64,000 nucleotides of DNA from a virus, in the IMG/VR virus record IMGVR_UViG_3300018059_000546. One strand, 5' to 3'. The notes beneath the pieces were generated by a model. It was not told the DNA's origin. It made no database searches and saw only the letters and a list, made by a program, of their open reading frames with translations. Position 1 is the first letter of the stretch, and each line of letters starts with the position of its first letter. Both the position numbers and the translations under genes were made by a program. This document shows positions 1 through 10,203 of this stretch, piece after piece.

Positions 1-582
1 AAATTTTAGCAATGATGGAGATCGTAAACTCTTGGGACCAACTTCTTCTCGTTTGAATTGGAAGATGATGTCGAGATGGGGCATGCATCTCGACATCTCG
101 ATAGTCGGAATGGTGTTCATGAACAGACTGACCTTGTTCACGTCCCTCACAGAAATAGAAACCATCGGAGAAGTCGACATGATGACGCCGAACTTCTTCG
201 ACGTGTCCTTGCTAGAATCTATTTTGAGAATAGATCCCATCGTGAACTGCTTCTTCTCATCATTCAAGTACGCGTCTTTTGCACCAGGCAAAGAGGTCGC
301 TTCATCATGAAAAATCTTGATCCTATCATGGAAATCTTTTTCGTTTGCGACTTGGCCTTTCTTGAAGAGAGTGCCGAGTTCATGAATTATCTCCTTGAAC
401 GTCAGAAGTCCAGAGCCTGTTCGATCACCCGTGTGGATGAGAGTCTCGTTTATCTTCTGAAGGATTGCGTCCCCATCGGGAACCTTTCCCTTTGAGAACG
501 TTTTGAGAGTGTACTTGCCGAGTAGATCTCCAGGCTGAATCGTTCGGTAATATCTCTCTAGTTCGTTGACGTTATCGCCCAT
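1..582 (-). CDS. 5' part of a probable baseplate/tail protein (runs off the window edge)
   Basis: Manual translation: ATG at 582 (MGDNVNELERYYRTIQPGDLLGK...) stays open to position 1. It follows the LysM-type baseplate gene. Function is inferred from position only. Confidence 0.55.
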   Translation of the reverse strand, partial: MGDNVNELERYYRTIQPGDLLGKYTLKTFSKGKVPDGDAILQKINETLIHTGDRTGSGLLTFKEIIHELGTLFKKGQVANEKDFHDRIKIFHDEATSLPGAKDAYLNDEKKQFTMGSILKIDSSKDTSKKFGVIMSTSPMVSISVRDVNKVSLFMNTIPTIEMSRCMPHLDIIFQFKREEVGPKSLRSPSLLKF

Positions 583-610
583 TTAGACTTTGTCCTGGTT
601 ATATACCTGA

Positions 611-904
611 TCACCCACAGATTTTTGCAATCTCAACGAGATCAGGAATTCGAATAACGGTGCCCGGAGGAACCTGTAAACCCCATCCGATATCAGAGGC
701 CGCGGCGATGATCCACCAGTACCTTCCGTTTTGGTAGTACTTGAAAGCGAGGTGGTCAAGTCTCTCTGCTTCGTGAAGAACGATAGTCTTGAACGGAACT
801 CGTTCGTTCTTCACCGCGGCGCGAATGAGAGAATGGGTCGTCGAAGTACCGTACTGAAAGTTGTAGCCCAGCACGTCAGTTCTTTGGTAACGAGAGAAAG
901 CCAC
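611..904 (-). CDS. LysM/gpX-type baseplate wedge protein (T4 gp53-like)
   Basis: ERLDHLAFKYYQNGRYWWIIAAAS...VPPGTVIRIP matches the LysM-like signature of contractile-tail baseplate proteins. Located downstream of the tape measure gene. Confidence 0.8.
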   Translation of the reverse strand: MAFSRYQRTDVLGYNFQYGTSTTHSLIRAAVKNERVPFKTIVLHEAERLDHLAFKYYQNGRYWWIIAAASDIGWGLQVPPGTVIRIPDLVEIAKICG

Positions 905-3900
905 TTACTTGAGCACCTTTCTCAACTTCTTGCGAAGGTTGTTGAAGTTCGTTCTTCCGGCTCCGACAGAATCCGTACCGTCACCACCGATGCCGTTCAT
1001 GATTTCTCCAACGTTGTAGACAGGAGCTCGGTTGAATCCGTTGACGTCCAAGCCCGGAGCAATGTCGTGAATCGGAGAAAGGGACATTCTTACGACGCAC
1101 ATTTTAGGAGCGCGCGAACCGTACGACTCGGTCTCCCAAGGAATGTTGTCGAGCCAATTAAACCCCAAGCTATCGATCATGCAAGCGAGACCCTTGCCGG
1201 CCGAAGATTCGAACGATCTGACGATGCTGTTCTCGTTAGGATTGAGAAAGTCGTCTATTTTCTTCAAGGTCGCAAAATCGCTCGCCGAACCAGTTCCACT
1301 CAAACGGGATTCAAGAACCTTCGCAAGAGATTCTCTCGGAATAGAAATCTGATCCACTGGAACGATAATGAACTCGTCGTCTCCACCGGTACGATCTGTC
1401 ATCTGAACGACGTACAAACCTTCGTCTTCTTTTTCGGCGACCTTCGCAGGTTCTTGAAGTTCGACAGACACCGACGTTCGGTTCTTCTTCCCTCCCAATT
1501 GGATTCCGAGTCCATTCGTCTTCGCAGTCTTGATGGGATAAACACCGGGTTGAATGACTACTTCTGCATCTCTTAGAGATTCCAGATCGTTCGTGCCAAT
1601 GATACGAGAGAATTCAACCAACTTAGCGATGCCTTCATCTTCGATCTTCACGTTGAAGAACGTGTCTTGTTGTCCGAGACCAAAGAGACGAGCTAGAGCA
1701 AAACGAGAATAGTTCGTTCTAAACAGATCTCCCAACCGAAGCCTGATAAGAGGAGAATTGGTCGGAGTCTGTGAGAACGGTTGCACGAACTTATCGTTAG
1801 TTTCGGGATTCGTTAGAACATTCCCCTTCGACCACTGGGGGTAGACTAACGTAACGAGCTTGTTGATCTTCCACCACATCTGATCGAAGTCCTGCTTGTT
1901 CGTAGCAACGACGTAGAATTCGATGCTGATCTTTCTATCCGTAGATTTGTAGATCTTCACAGGATCGATACGACCGAATGCTTTCACAGTCTCTGTTTCG
2001 ACAGTGTAGTCATCGGACATAGAACGCAGGAAGGCGTGGAACGAAACGATTTCGTTCGTTCGAAGATCGTGAAAGTAGAACGGCATGTACTCTGCGTCGA
2101 GCTTCGCTTCTACCTTCGCAACATTTTCTGCGGAAATTCGCCTGTTGATGTTGCTTCCCAGGTCTTCGTCGAAACCTTCTTCGCTCTTGACAGCAGCGAC
2201 CGAAGCGGGAGTTACACTGTTCGGAAACCTGTTTGAAAAAGCTGTCAACGCTGAAACTGCTGCGCGCGGGAAAAGGAATGCAGACGGAGATGTTGATGTG
2301 GCGAGCGCGGATTGCAGCCGACCTTGCATACGTCCCTTGCCCACTCTGAAGTCATCGTCCAAAGCGTCGACAGTCGAGTACTTGGTGATTCCTAGAAACT
2401 CTTCTTTTTGAAGCGGTTTGTCATCCAACGACAAGGTCGAATCTCCAAGCTTAGCCATGATGTTGATTGCAGCGATGACCTTGGACGACCGAATCACGTT
2501 GACTAGCTCGATGATGTTCTGGGCGATTTGGATCGGGTTTCCCTTCACAGCGTTCTGAACTTGTATCACAATATTCGCTGCAGAACGAACGATGTTTCGG
2601 CAGATGACTCCGTAGAAACCGGGAGTTTCGAGCACTCGATCGAAGGACGACCCCAAGCCTGATCCGAAGACCAGCGCGATTCCTTCGTCGACGCAATCTT
2701 CAAAATCATGCGTCGTGATCGTCAGACCAAGAAGGCTCGCAGGAATGGGCAACGGAGGGAAGCTCGATCCCTTGCCTGCGGAATGCATATAGCTGCCTAA
2801 GATGTAGCGACCCTGACTATCCTTCTTGACATTTCCTTGCTTCGCAGAAGTGATTGCAGCGAGCAACATCGTCAATCCCTTTAGAGCCAGTTTCATTCCG
2901 ATCACGAGAGCAGTCGATGCGGCGATCATTCCCAGCGGGAGCAGACCCGAGAACGGTTCAAGAACGTTGTTCATCTGACCGAACGACGACGCACCGGTGT
3001 TATTGATGAGGTGATCGTTCGCGTCGCCAGGATCTAAATTAACGGCGTCCGTGTTGTCTTCAATCAGAGATTTGAAAGCTTCGCTAGCTCGAAGATCGTC
3101 CACGTCTACCTTGATGAGACCGATCTGGGCTGTTCCAGGAAGGAGCGCCGCCGCAGAGGCTCCAAGTCCGTCGGGTCCGTCCTGCCCGTATCCCGTGGTA
3201 GATGCAAGTTCAGACGTGGCACGAACTGTCAAGAGAGCTCCCAGGTTGGCGAAGTGACCGGCTGTCACATCCTTTCCTCCCGGAGACTCGACGAACGCTC
3301 GATAGTTTCCGAGAGTATCTTCTGGATGAGTGGGATTCACCCGCACGAGAGTGGGATTTTCAGAGCGCTTTGATGTCGCCGTGAATCGATTGTTCGACAG
3401 GATGGGAGACACGTACGTCTCTTGTATCTTATCTACTCCATCTCTAAGAAGAGTATTTCCGTCGTGCTCACCTTGCTCCCGAACCTGCTTTCCCTTTTTA
3501 AGGGTCGGTGAAATCGTTCCGGGATTTTTGAGGGTGCGGCCGCTAGAAACTGTGCTGTTGGAATAATTCTTGAGAAGATCTTGGTCTTCAGTGCTTTCGA
3601 CGAACTGTGCGCCGGTACCGTTCGTCCTTTGGGACGTATTCGTGGCCGAATCGAACGGAACGGGATTTCCAGAATTATCGTTCAGATCTTTAGAGTTGTA
3701 GCCGGCCCCGACAGGATATCGGTTCCTGTGGGTTGGATCGTTAGCTCCATGGGTAATATCGCTAGCGTTCTGGACAACGGCTTCTTTGGTCTCTTGGCTA
3801 AGGTCGTCGACCCCTGGTTCAAGGATTTTAGGCGTACCGATATGAGTCGTCGGGTCGTATTTGACCCCGACGTCGTATTCGATGGGCTTTCCAAAAACGT

Positions 3901-3916
3901 TGTTTACACGTGCCAT
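905..3916 (-). CDS. Large baseplate/tail-tube initiator-like protein (gp48/gp54-type domain)
   Basis: The C-terminal half has MPFYFHDLRTNEIVSFHAFL...GRIDPVKIYKSTDRKISIEF...PLIRLRLGDLF, typical of tube-initiator folds. Lies between tape measure and LysM genes. Confidence 0.6.
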   Translation of the reverse strand: MARVNNVFGKPIEYDVGVKYDPTTHIGTPKILEPGVDDLSQETKEAVVQNASDITHGANDPTHRNRYPVGAGYNSKDLNDNSGNPVPFDSATNTSQRTNGTGAQFVESTEDQDLLKNYSNSTVSSGRTLKNPGTISPTLKKGKQVREQGEHDGNTLLRDGVDKIQETYVSPILSNNRFTATSKRSENPTLVRVNPTHPEDTLGNYRAFVESPGGKDVTAGHFANLGALLTVRATSELASTTGYGQDGPDGLGASAAALLPGTAQIGLIKVDVDDLRASEAFKSLIEDNTDAVNLDPGDANDHLINNTGASSFGQMNNVLEPFSGLLPLGMIAASTALVIGMKLALKGLTMLLAAITSAKQGNVKKDSQGRYILGSYMHSAGKGSSFPPLPIPASLLGLTITTHDFEDCVDEGIALVFGSGLGSSFDRVLETPGFYGVICRNIVRSAANIVIQVQNAVKGNPIQIAQNIIELVNVIRSSKVIAAINIMAKLGDSTLSLDDKPLQKEEFLGITKYSTVDALDDDFRVGKGRMQGRLQSALATSTSPSAFLFPRAAVSALTAFSNRFPNSVTPASVAAVKSEEGFDEDLGSNINRRISAENVAKVEAKLDAEYMPFYFHDLRTNEIVSFHAFLRSMSDDYTVETETVKAFGRIDPVKIYKSTDRKISIEFYVVATNKQDFDQMWWKINKLVTLVYPQWSKGNVLTNPETNDKFVQPFSQTPTNSPLIRLRLGDLFRTNYSRFALARLFGLGQQDTFFNVKIEDEGIAKLVEFSRIIGTNDLESLRDAEVVIQPGVYPIKTAKTNGLGIQLGGKKNRTSVSVELQEPAKVAEKEDEGLYVVQMTDRTGGDDEFIIVPVDQISIPRESLAKVLESRLSGTGSASDFATLKKIDDFLNPNENSIVRSFESSAGKGLACMIDSLGFNWLDNIPWETESYGSRAPKMCVVRMSLSPIHDIAPGLDVNGFNRAPVYNVGEIMNGIGGDGTDSVGAGRTNFNNLRKKLRKVLK

Positions 3917-3932
3917 ACGACGATAAGTACCC

Positions 3933-4739
3933 TCACTTGAACTTCCTCATGTAATCCACAATGAACGACGATCCCCAGGAAAGTTGCTGAATGAGTTCTT
4001 TTCTCCAGATTCCCAAGTTCTGAAGATCTTCATTCGAAGGCGCGGACTTTCCCAACCCTTCAATGTCTATGTAGTCTCGTGTGACGATAACGTGGTCGCC
4101 ACCCTCGACAGGTTCTTCGAACGGATCGGATTCCACGTCGTACTTTTCACTTCGAGAGATCCATTTGTTAGAAGGTTCTTCAGGACCGCTCGCACCAGGC
4201 TTCAAGGGCCTTGCAAGAAATCGAGCCAAACTGACTTTAGCTCCTTGTTCTCGTGTGGCCATCCTGTCCTCCATAACGTAAGTCAACATGACATGGCCAT
4301 TATCATGCTCTACCTTGAAGGGTCCCTTAGAGTGTCCCCTGGGAACACCGTGACGGTAGTACGCGATGGTCTTGTTAGCAACGTCGACGACGGTCGGATT
4401 TTCTCCGTCCCTATGTCGTTGGCCGTTCTTGAAGTAGGAAATGGATTCGTCCCTAAACCAGATCTCTGCAGGTAGCGGTCCGTTATCAGGACGACCATCA
4501 GGGCCATTCCAGACGAGAACTTGAGAATGAACGACGGGTTTTGGAAATCCTAGGACGAGCGTGGCTAGCGGTGCTAGAACAGCATCGACGATGGCTGCTC
4601 CGCTGAATCTGCGATCTATGTCCAGCGTGATCGGATGTCGAACAGTTTCGAGAATCTCCATCAAACGAAGAAACGATTGTCTGTCACCGTTGAGCGCAGA
4701 CCGGGCAAGGTCCGAGATGAGCTCTTTACTCGCTTTCAT
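3933..4739 (-). CDS. Hypothetical protein with MORN-variant-like repeats
   Basis: SYFKNGQRHRDGENPTV and AYYRHGV resemble the Y..NG..HR.DGP repeat. Overlaps the upstream gene. Confidence 0.5.
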   Translation of the reverse strand: MKASKELISDLARSALNGDRQSFLRLMEILETVRHPITLDIDRRFSGAAIVDAVLAPLATLVLGFPKPVVHSQVLVWNGPDGRPDNGPLPAEIWFRDESISYFKNGQRHRDGENPTVVDVANKTIAYYRHGVPRGHSKGPFKVEHDNGHVMLTYVMEDRMATREQGAKVSLARFLARPLKPGASGPEEPSNKWISRSEKYDVESDPFEEPVEGGDHVIVTRDYIDIEGLGKSAPSNEDLQNLGIWRKELIQQLSWGSSFIVDYMRKFK

Positions 4740-4974
4740 GTTTCTTCGCCTCTCGTGAAACTAAAAGTGATCTGATCTCCTGCTTTATTTCAGGATCTTC
4801 CGTGGCCCTTTTAACGAGTTCTTCAAGGGGAAGAACAAAATTTTCAACGAAGGACTTCACGATTCCGTTGACTTTTTCCTTCTCTTCTTCGGAGAGTTGT
4901 TTGTTAGCTTCAGAGAGTAGAGGATCATTAGAGATCTGCTCTAGTATGCTTTCAACGGTTTGTTTTTTCATCAA
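4726..4974 (-). CDS. Hypothetical helical protein
   Basis: 82 aa, coupled to the tape measure stop by an ATGA overlap. Confidence 0.6.
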   Translation of the reverse strand: MMKKQTVESILEQISNDPLLSEANKQLSEEEKEKVNGIVKSFVENFVLPLEELVKRATEDPEIKQEIRSLLVSREAKKHESE

Positions 4975-7900
4975 CGATTCCTGATCTTATCTCGAAGTTC
5001 ATCATCACCGATTCCGAGAGACGACTTGATGGATTCTTTGATTATACTCTTTGTGCGCAGAACAAGAGCCTCTTCGAGTTCTTCTGCGTTCATGACGATC
5101 TTCAGATCAAGATTGATCTGAATTCCCTTGTTCGTGATGGTGTACTTGTCGTTTCCGCCGAGGCCCGCATTCTTCGCGAACTTGGAGAGGTTCTTAGAGA
5201 CAGAGATTCGAGTTGCATCTCCCGAAGCTAGAATGTTATCCAACTCTCTGACCGATTGAATGATATCTTGCGTCGCTTTGATAGTAGGGGCGAGCCGAGC
5301 TTCGATGTCCGCCCCAGACGTCTTTAAACCCTCTGAAAGCTTTGTCATCGTAGCATTGAGCTCGGTCACACGATTCAAAAGACCAGTATTGATCTTGTCC
5401 ATGTTGATTGCATCGAGCTTAGCTCCGGTATCATTGATAGTTTTTTGGATGTCCATCTTCTGTAGTTCTTGCAGCGCTTTCATGCCTTCGAGGGTCGCGG
5501 TTGCTTTCATCATTTTGTCTGCAGGGACGTCTTCTGGACCCATCGGGGTGACAGCTAGTTTCTTTGGAGCGACATCTTCCCTAATACCGCTATTAGCTTT
5601 TCCTTGCGCAAGTTTCGTAGCATCTGCAGCTTGTTGTTCGACACTCTTCTTATCGCTGCCAGAACCGAACTTCAGCATACCCTTGATTTTCTCAAATGAT
5701 GCCATCAAGGAAGGAGCAAACTTACTGATTATTGCACCTGGGATCGCCATGAGCGCGCTGATGAGAAGATTCCACATACCCTTGGTAATATCTTCTACCA
5801 GTCCTCCAAAAGCTTTCAAAAGCCATATCCCGAGAGTTCCTACAAGCACTAAGAGAGATGGAATGAGTTTTGTCCATACGGCGAAGAACATTGCTTTGAA
5901 CGCACCCCACAACGGACCACCCATGTTAGTAATAGATTGCCATAGCGCAGGTTTTACTTTTGTCCACACACTACCGCTGGCAGTATCACTCAAAGAATCA
6001 TAGAGGAAAACAGACAATCTGTCTATCGCTGGAACGATCCAATTGATGAACGCGGTCGGAAGTTCCATGAAGACCATGCGAATGTTGTTGACAGCCATCT
6101 TGAATGCATCTGCCAAGATGCTTCCGATACTCTTTCCAATGCCATCGATATTGCCGGACAGAATGTTCCTGATGAGGTCACCAATGTGGGTAAGAAAATC
6201 GAACTGAATCGTGAGACGTTCTTTCATCACCGCACCAAGAGATGGTCCAAAAATCTTGTCAACTTGTTTGAACAGATTGTCCGTGAATTTCGCGAAACTC
6301 TTTGCCATTCCGTATGCGGCTTCGTCAGTAACTGTTCCGAATGATAGCAGCTGCACGATGCCTGCAAGAGACGAACCAATCTGTTTTTCGACCTTGCCAC
6401 CGATGGCCGACGTGTCAGCAACGAGCTTGTCCTGGAATTTTTCGACACCCTTGGACATTCCGACACCGGCGACACCGACAGCGACAAGAAAAGCTGCAGC
6501 TGCAACGTAGGGATTACCGAACAGACCTGTCATTAGCTTCCCACCGATGGGGGCTTTCCCTGCGAGGCCGACAGCAGCGTCGCCCCCTAATTTGCCAGCA
6601 CCGAACAACGTGCTAGTGATCGTGCTCGCAAGTCCACCGGCGACACCCCGAATCAACGTTGGAGCCATGAGCATTCCGAACATAGCTATCCCAATGGGAG
6701 CAACGATCTTGAGGAATGCTGGGCTGGTGACCCACTTCTTGACAAGTTGCCACACACCTCCGAATGCATCGGTGATCGCTCCCCACAGTTTTGTCCAAAG
6801 CGCCCTATCTTTTACAAGCTCGACAAGAGGTTCGATGACCTTCATGAAGCCGCTTTTAGCACCGTCAGCACCTGATGCGAACGCAGCTTCGAGCGTCTTA
6901 GGATCCTTAACATACGCTTTGATGAAAGCACCGATTTTGTGAAGACCTTTGGTAAGTTCTTCGATGACAAATTTCAGCCCATTCGCGAACATCTTTGCAA
7001 GATGACTGAAGAATGTTTTGGCTCCCGATGCAATTCCAGTTGCCCCTCCTCCTGTGAAGAATTTTCCGAACGTAGCTTGAAGATTCTCGACGAATCCACG
7101 CACGTCAGCTGTTACGAACAGTGTCTTGAACGCAGCTTCGATTCCGCTGAGGACCTTACCGAAGCCGTCGAACGAATGGGTGATGGACTTGAGCATCGGA
7201 GTCGCACCCGGAAAGAGGTTGATGAATGCTTTTCCGACACGAACACCCATGTACATCGTCTGTTGCAGAGCATTCCGCAACGTCAGAATCATTTCGACAA
7301 ATGCGGGAGAACTCTTGATTCCGATTTGGAACCCATGGAGGAATTGTTCAACGAATCCTCCTTTGAACATCTGTCCCGTCATGACAACGCGCTCGATGGA
7401 CGCTGCAAGTTTTTCCATCGCTTCAGCCTGACGTAACGGAGCGTTTTCAGCTTCTCCAGCTTTCTTCTTGATCTGATCTAGGGAAATTCCCTGGTTCTTC
7501 GTAGAGAAAGCTAACTGGGCTGTCGCTTCATCGAGATGAGTTGTGTTCGCCAAGAGTTTAAGCTCTTGACGTGACATATTTTCCGAGGTCTTGCCCGCAG
7601 CTGCCATCGACTTACGAAGCATGTCGAGTTGGTCAGCAGGATTTTGAGCTGACATCATTTTGAACGCATCGACGGACGTTCCGAACGCCTGGGAGAGCAT
7701 AGCGCTGTTCGTCGCCGCGTCCTCGAAGGTATCGAACGCGTCCATCATCCCAGTCAGGCTCTTGATTTCGATGCCGAGCTTACGTGTGTAGACAGAAGCG
7801 ATCGTCATCTCTTTTTGGGTGATGGATCCGAAATGCTTGACGTCCTTGACCATGGCGGCGACGTCTTTTGCCAAGAGCTTCTGGGACATTCCAAAAGCTT

Positions 7901-8807
7901 CACCCATCTGCAGAGAATAGTTCGCGACTTTGAGGAATTGTGTCTGCCAGCTCGTTCCGAAGATCTTCGCTCGATCGAGCATGGACTTGATCTGGTCGTC
8001 AGCGACACCCAAACCTTTTTGTAATCCTATGAATGTTCCGGCGTCCGCAGCAATAGCACTACCGAACTCGTGGAACTGTGGCCCAGCTGCCTTGGCGACC
8101 GCTGAGAAGTGCTCTAACTGCTGGGCAAAGGTTCCCAACACTCTAAAGGTAGAAAGTCCCGTGCCAGTGATTCCAGCCTGTGCTCCCTTGAATGCACCAA
8201 GGACATTCTTAGACACGTCCGACTTGAAGTCTCCGGACTCTTTTCTCAAATTTTCAAGCGCTTGAAGAAACGCGGAGTCGACCGGAAAGTCAGTCGCCAT
8301 GTCGATAAGACCACTAAAGATCTTCAGAGGAATTGACGCGATCGACTTACCAATCTTGAAGACTCCACTGGCAAATCCCGTTGCCATCCCTATGGCAGAA
8401 GCTCCGCCGGCGACGATGTTCTTGAAACCCTGAACAAGTCCGTTCAAAGCACCAGCAGAAGCACTCTTGAGAGCGGGAAACTTCGTTGTAAGCAACTTCA
8501 TCCGCTTGTCAACGTCGCTTATTCCCTTTCCGGCTCCTTTGGTGCTAGTTCCAACAGCAGCCATGGCTTTTTCAGCTTGACTACCAGCTTCTTCGGACCT
8601 ATCCTTGAAGTCCTGCATCGCCTTAGAAGCTCCTGCGAGCTTTTCACCGATTTCTTCAGGTTTCATTCCCCCGACGATAGTAGCAATTTGAGTCGCCAGT
8701 TCGAGTTGGTTCCTCATCTCACGCGTTACCGCCGCAGCGAGGACTCGCCTTTCGGAGAACAGCTTATTGAACTGTTCAACTACCTTTATGTTGTCTATAT
8801 CAGCCAC
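4971..8807 (-). CDS. Tail tape measure protein
   Basis: 1278 aa, Ala/Gly/Lys-rich and helical with hydrophobic segments. Downstream of tail chaperones and upstream of baseplate genes. Confidence 0.85.
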   Translation of the reverse strand: MADIDNIKVVEQFNKLFSERRVLAAAVTREMRNQLELATQIATIVGGMKPEEIGEKLAGASKAMQDFKDRSEEAGSQAEKAMAAVGTSTKGAGKGISDVDKRMKLLTTKFPALKSASAGALNGLVQGFKNIVAGGASAIGMATGFASGVFKIGKSIASIPLKIFSGLIDMATDFPVDSAFLQALENLRKESGDFKSDVSKNVLGAFKGAQAGITGTGLSTFRVLGTFAQQLEHFSAVAKAAGPQFHEFGSAIAADAGTFIGLQKGLGVADDQIKSMLDRAKIFGTSWQTQFLKVANYSLQMGEAFGMSQKLLAKDVAAMVKDVKHFGSITQKEMTIASVYTRKLGIEIKSLTGMMDAFDTFEDAATNSAMLSQAFGTSVDAFKMMSAQNPADQLDMLRKSMAAAGKTSENMSRQELKLLANTTHLDEATAQLAFSTKNQGISLDQIKKKAGEAENAPLRQAEAMEKLAASIERVVMTGQMFKGGFVEQFLHGFQIGIKSSPAFVEMILTLRNALQQTMYMGVRVGKAFINLFPGATPMLKSITHSFDGFGKVLSGIEAAFKTLFVTADVRGFVENLQATFGKFFTGGGATGIASGAKTFFSHLAKMFANGLKFVIEELTKGLHKIGAFIKAYVKDPKTLEAAFASGADGAKSGFMKVIEPLVELVKDRALWTKLWGAITDAFGGVWQLVKKWVTSPAFLKIVAPIGIAMFGMLMAPTLIRGVAGGLASTITSTLFGAGKLGGDAAVGLAGKAPIGGKLMTGLFGNPYVAAAAFLVAVGVAGVGMSKGVEKFQDKLVADTSAIGGKVEKQIGSSLAGIVQLLSFGTVTDEAAYGMAKSFAKFTDNLFKQVDKIFGPSLGAVMKERLTIQFDFLTHIGDLIRNILSGNIDGIGKSIGSILADAFKMAVNNIRMVFMELPTAFINWIVPAIDRLSVFLYDSLSDTASGSVWTKVKPALWQSITNMGGPLWGAFKAMFFAVWTKLIPSLLVLVGTLGIWLLKAFGGLVEDITKGMWNLLISALMAIPGAIISKFAPSLMASFEKIKGMLKFGSGSDKKSVEQQAADATKLAQGKANSGIREDVAPKKLAVTPMGPEDVPADKMMKATATLEGMKALQELQKMDIQKTINDTGAKLDAINMDKINTGLLNRVTELNATMTKLSEGLKTSGADIEARLAPTIKATQDIIQSVRELDNILASGDATRISVSKNLSKFAKNAGLGGNDKYTITNKGIQINLDLKIVMNAEELEEALVLRTKSIIKESIKSSLGIGDDELRDKIRNR

Positions 8808-8846
8808 TTCGCAGTATACTTACGAGTAAGAATAACTAGGCTCTTA

Positions 8847-9929
8847 GTGTTCACATACAGATATCGTATTCGTGATAGTTCTTCGAAGGTTCGGCTTAAG
8901 AAGCTCGCTTCTTCTGTCAACTTCGTCTGGAACTATGTCAATAAACTCTCGTTCGAGAACATCAAACAACACGGCCGATTTCTCTCGACGTACGATGTAA
9001 ATTACTATTTGAATGGATGTTCAAAAGGTTTAGAAATTGGATCAAGTTCTATACAAGAAATTGCACGTTTTTACGTGCAAACTAGACAACAGTTCAAGAA
9101 ACGAAAACTCTCGTGGAGGAGCGCTAAACGTTCTCTTGGGTGGGTTCCACTTCGACACGACGGGTTTAAACTAAAGAACGATACCGTTCGCTATTGTGGA
9201 CATGACTTCAAACTCTGGAAGCATCGAGAGCTTCCGCAGGGAGCTAAGATAAAGACAGGATCATTCGTGCAAGATGCACGCGATCGTTGGTACTTGAATG
9301 TTTCCTTCGAAGTTCCCGATGTTGAAGTGCATGCGCTTCCTAGAACCGAGGTCGGCATCGACCTCGGTATCAAGAACCAACTGACCCTCTCGACGGGTGA
9401 GAACTTCACCCGCGGCAGCGAGACGAAGAAGTTCGCCGTAGATCTTGCACATGCCCAAAGGGCTCGCAAGAAGAAACGTATGAAAGCTGTCTCCGCCAAG
9501 GCGGCGAACCGTCGCTCCGATTGGACGCATAAGGTGACGACGGACATCGTCCGTCGCTTCGCGACGGTCTTCGTCGGTGATCTGAAGACGAGCGAGCTCG
9601 TCGCAAAATCTTCGTTATCTAATTTCTCGAGCCTCTACGATGCTTCCATCGGAAGCATCAAGCACTGCTTGAAATACAAAGCCAAGAAACTTGGCGGTGC
9701 TTGCTATGTCGTGAACGAGGCGTATACTTCCGTCACTTGCTACTTCTGTGAAGCCCGAAGCGGGCCGACAGGCAAAGGTGGGCTGGCGATAAGAGAGTGG
9801 ACGTGCCAAAGTTGCGGAGCGGTGCATCACCGCGACGTGAACGCCGCCCGGAACATTCTCCGTCGAGGGCATTCGACGCTGCAGAGGAGCCTCATAGGAG
9901 GAGATGCCACGTTGTCGACGTCTGCTTAG
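8847..9929 (+). CDS. tnpB: TnpB-family RNA-guided endonuclease (IS200/IS605 OrfB), stand-alone
   Basis: Likely GTG start at 8847 (FTYRYRI...VNFVWNY). RuvC-I VGIDLGIK, RuvC-II FVGDLK, Zn finger CYFC...CQSCG, RuvC-III HHRDVNAARNIL. No tnpA in the window. Confidence 0.92.
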   Translation: MFTYRYRIRDSSSKVRLKKLASSVNFVWNYVNKLSFENIKQHGRFLSTYDVNYYLNGCSKGLEIGSSSIQEIARFYVQTRQQFKKRKLSWRSAKRSLGWVPLRHDGFKLKNDTVRYCGHDFKLWKHRELPQGAKIKTGSFVQDARDRWYLNVSFEVPDVEVHALPRTEVGIDLGIKNQLTLSTGENFTRGSETKKFAVDLAHAQRARKKKRMKAVSAKAANRRSDWTHKVTTDIVRRFATVFVGDLKTSELVAKSSLSNFSSLYDASIGSIKHCLKYKAKKLGGACYVVNEAYTSVTCYFCEARSGPTGKGGLAIREWTCQSCGAVHHRDVNAARNILRRGHSTLQRSLIGGDATLSTSA

Positions 9930-9930
9930 T
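9861..9930 (+). ncRNA. Putative 3' end of the TnpB omegaRNA / IS right-end-like structure
   Basis: Hairpin cgtcga-gggcat-tcgacg, then cctc-atag-gagg and agatgcca. This is the same order of elements as IS605 right ends (...GGATGTCAA). Boundaries are inferred. Confidence 0.4.
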
Positions 9931-9936
9931 TGTAAT

Positions 9937-10203
9937 TTACAGCGGCCAGACGCATCCAAAAACGTGCTCGAACGTACGAGAACAGGCATGCTTGCGTCTC
10001 AGAGCCTCTGTGATCTGTTCCAGTGACTTCGAATCGTCTAAAAGGGTGGATTCGAAGATCTTTGTGGCAGCAACAACGTCTACCAAAGCCTTCAATTCGG
10101 GTTTGGTTCCATGAAAGTTGTACGCAGGTCGTTCCACTGCGCTCTCGATTAGGGCTTTACGAAGTAGAAAACGATCCTTCATGGGCATAAATACCTGGTT
10201 CAA
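9937..10203 (-). CDS. Hypothetical protein
   Basis: 88 aa, overlaps the stop of the upstream gene in the tail operon. Confidence 0.55.
   Translation of the reverse strand: MNQVFMPMKDRFLLRKALIESAVERPAYNFHGTKPELKALVDVVAATKIFESTLLDDSKSLEQITEALRRKHACSRTFEHVFGCVWPL

Noticed and set aside
8577-9929. Cas12/CRISPR system or complete IS200/IS605 element
   Set aside because: No repeat-spacer array, cas1/cas2 or tnpA was seen. The size (~360 aa) fits TnpB. The ORF-track start at 8577 overlaps the tape measure gene and is unlikely.
9910-9930. Self-target of the putative TnpB guide within the window
   Set aside because: Only short ttgtcgac-type matches were seen (e.g. near 11057, 14384, 16404), consistent with chance. 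Not searched computationally.
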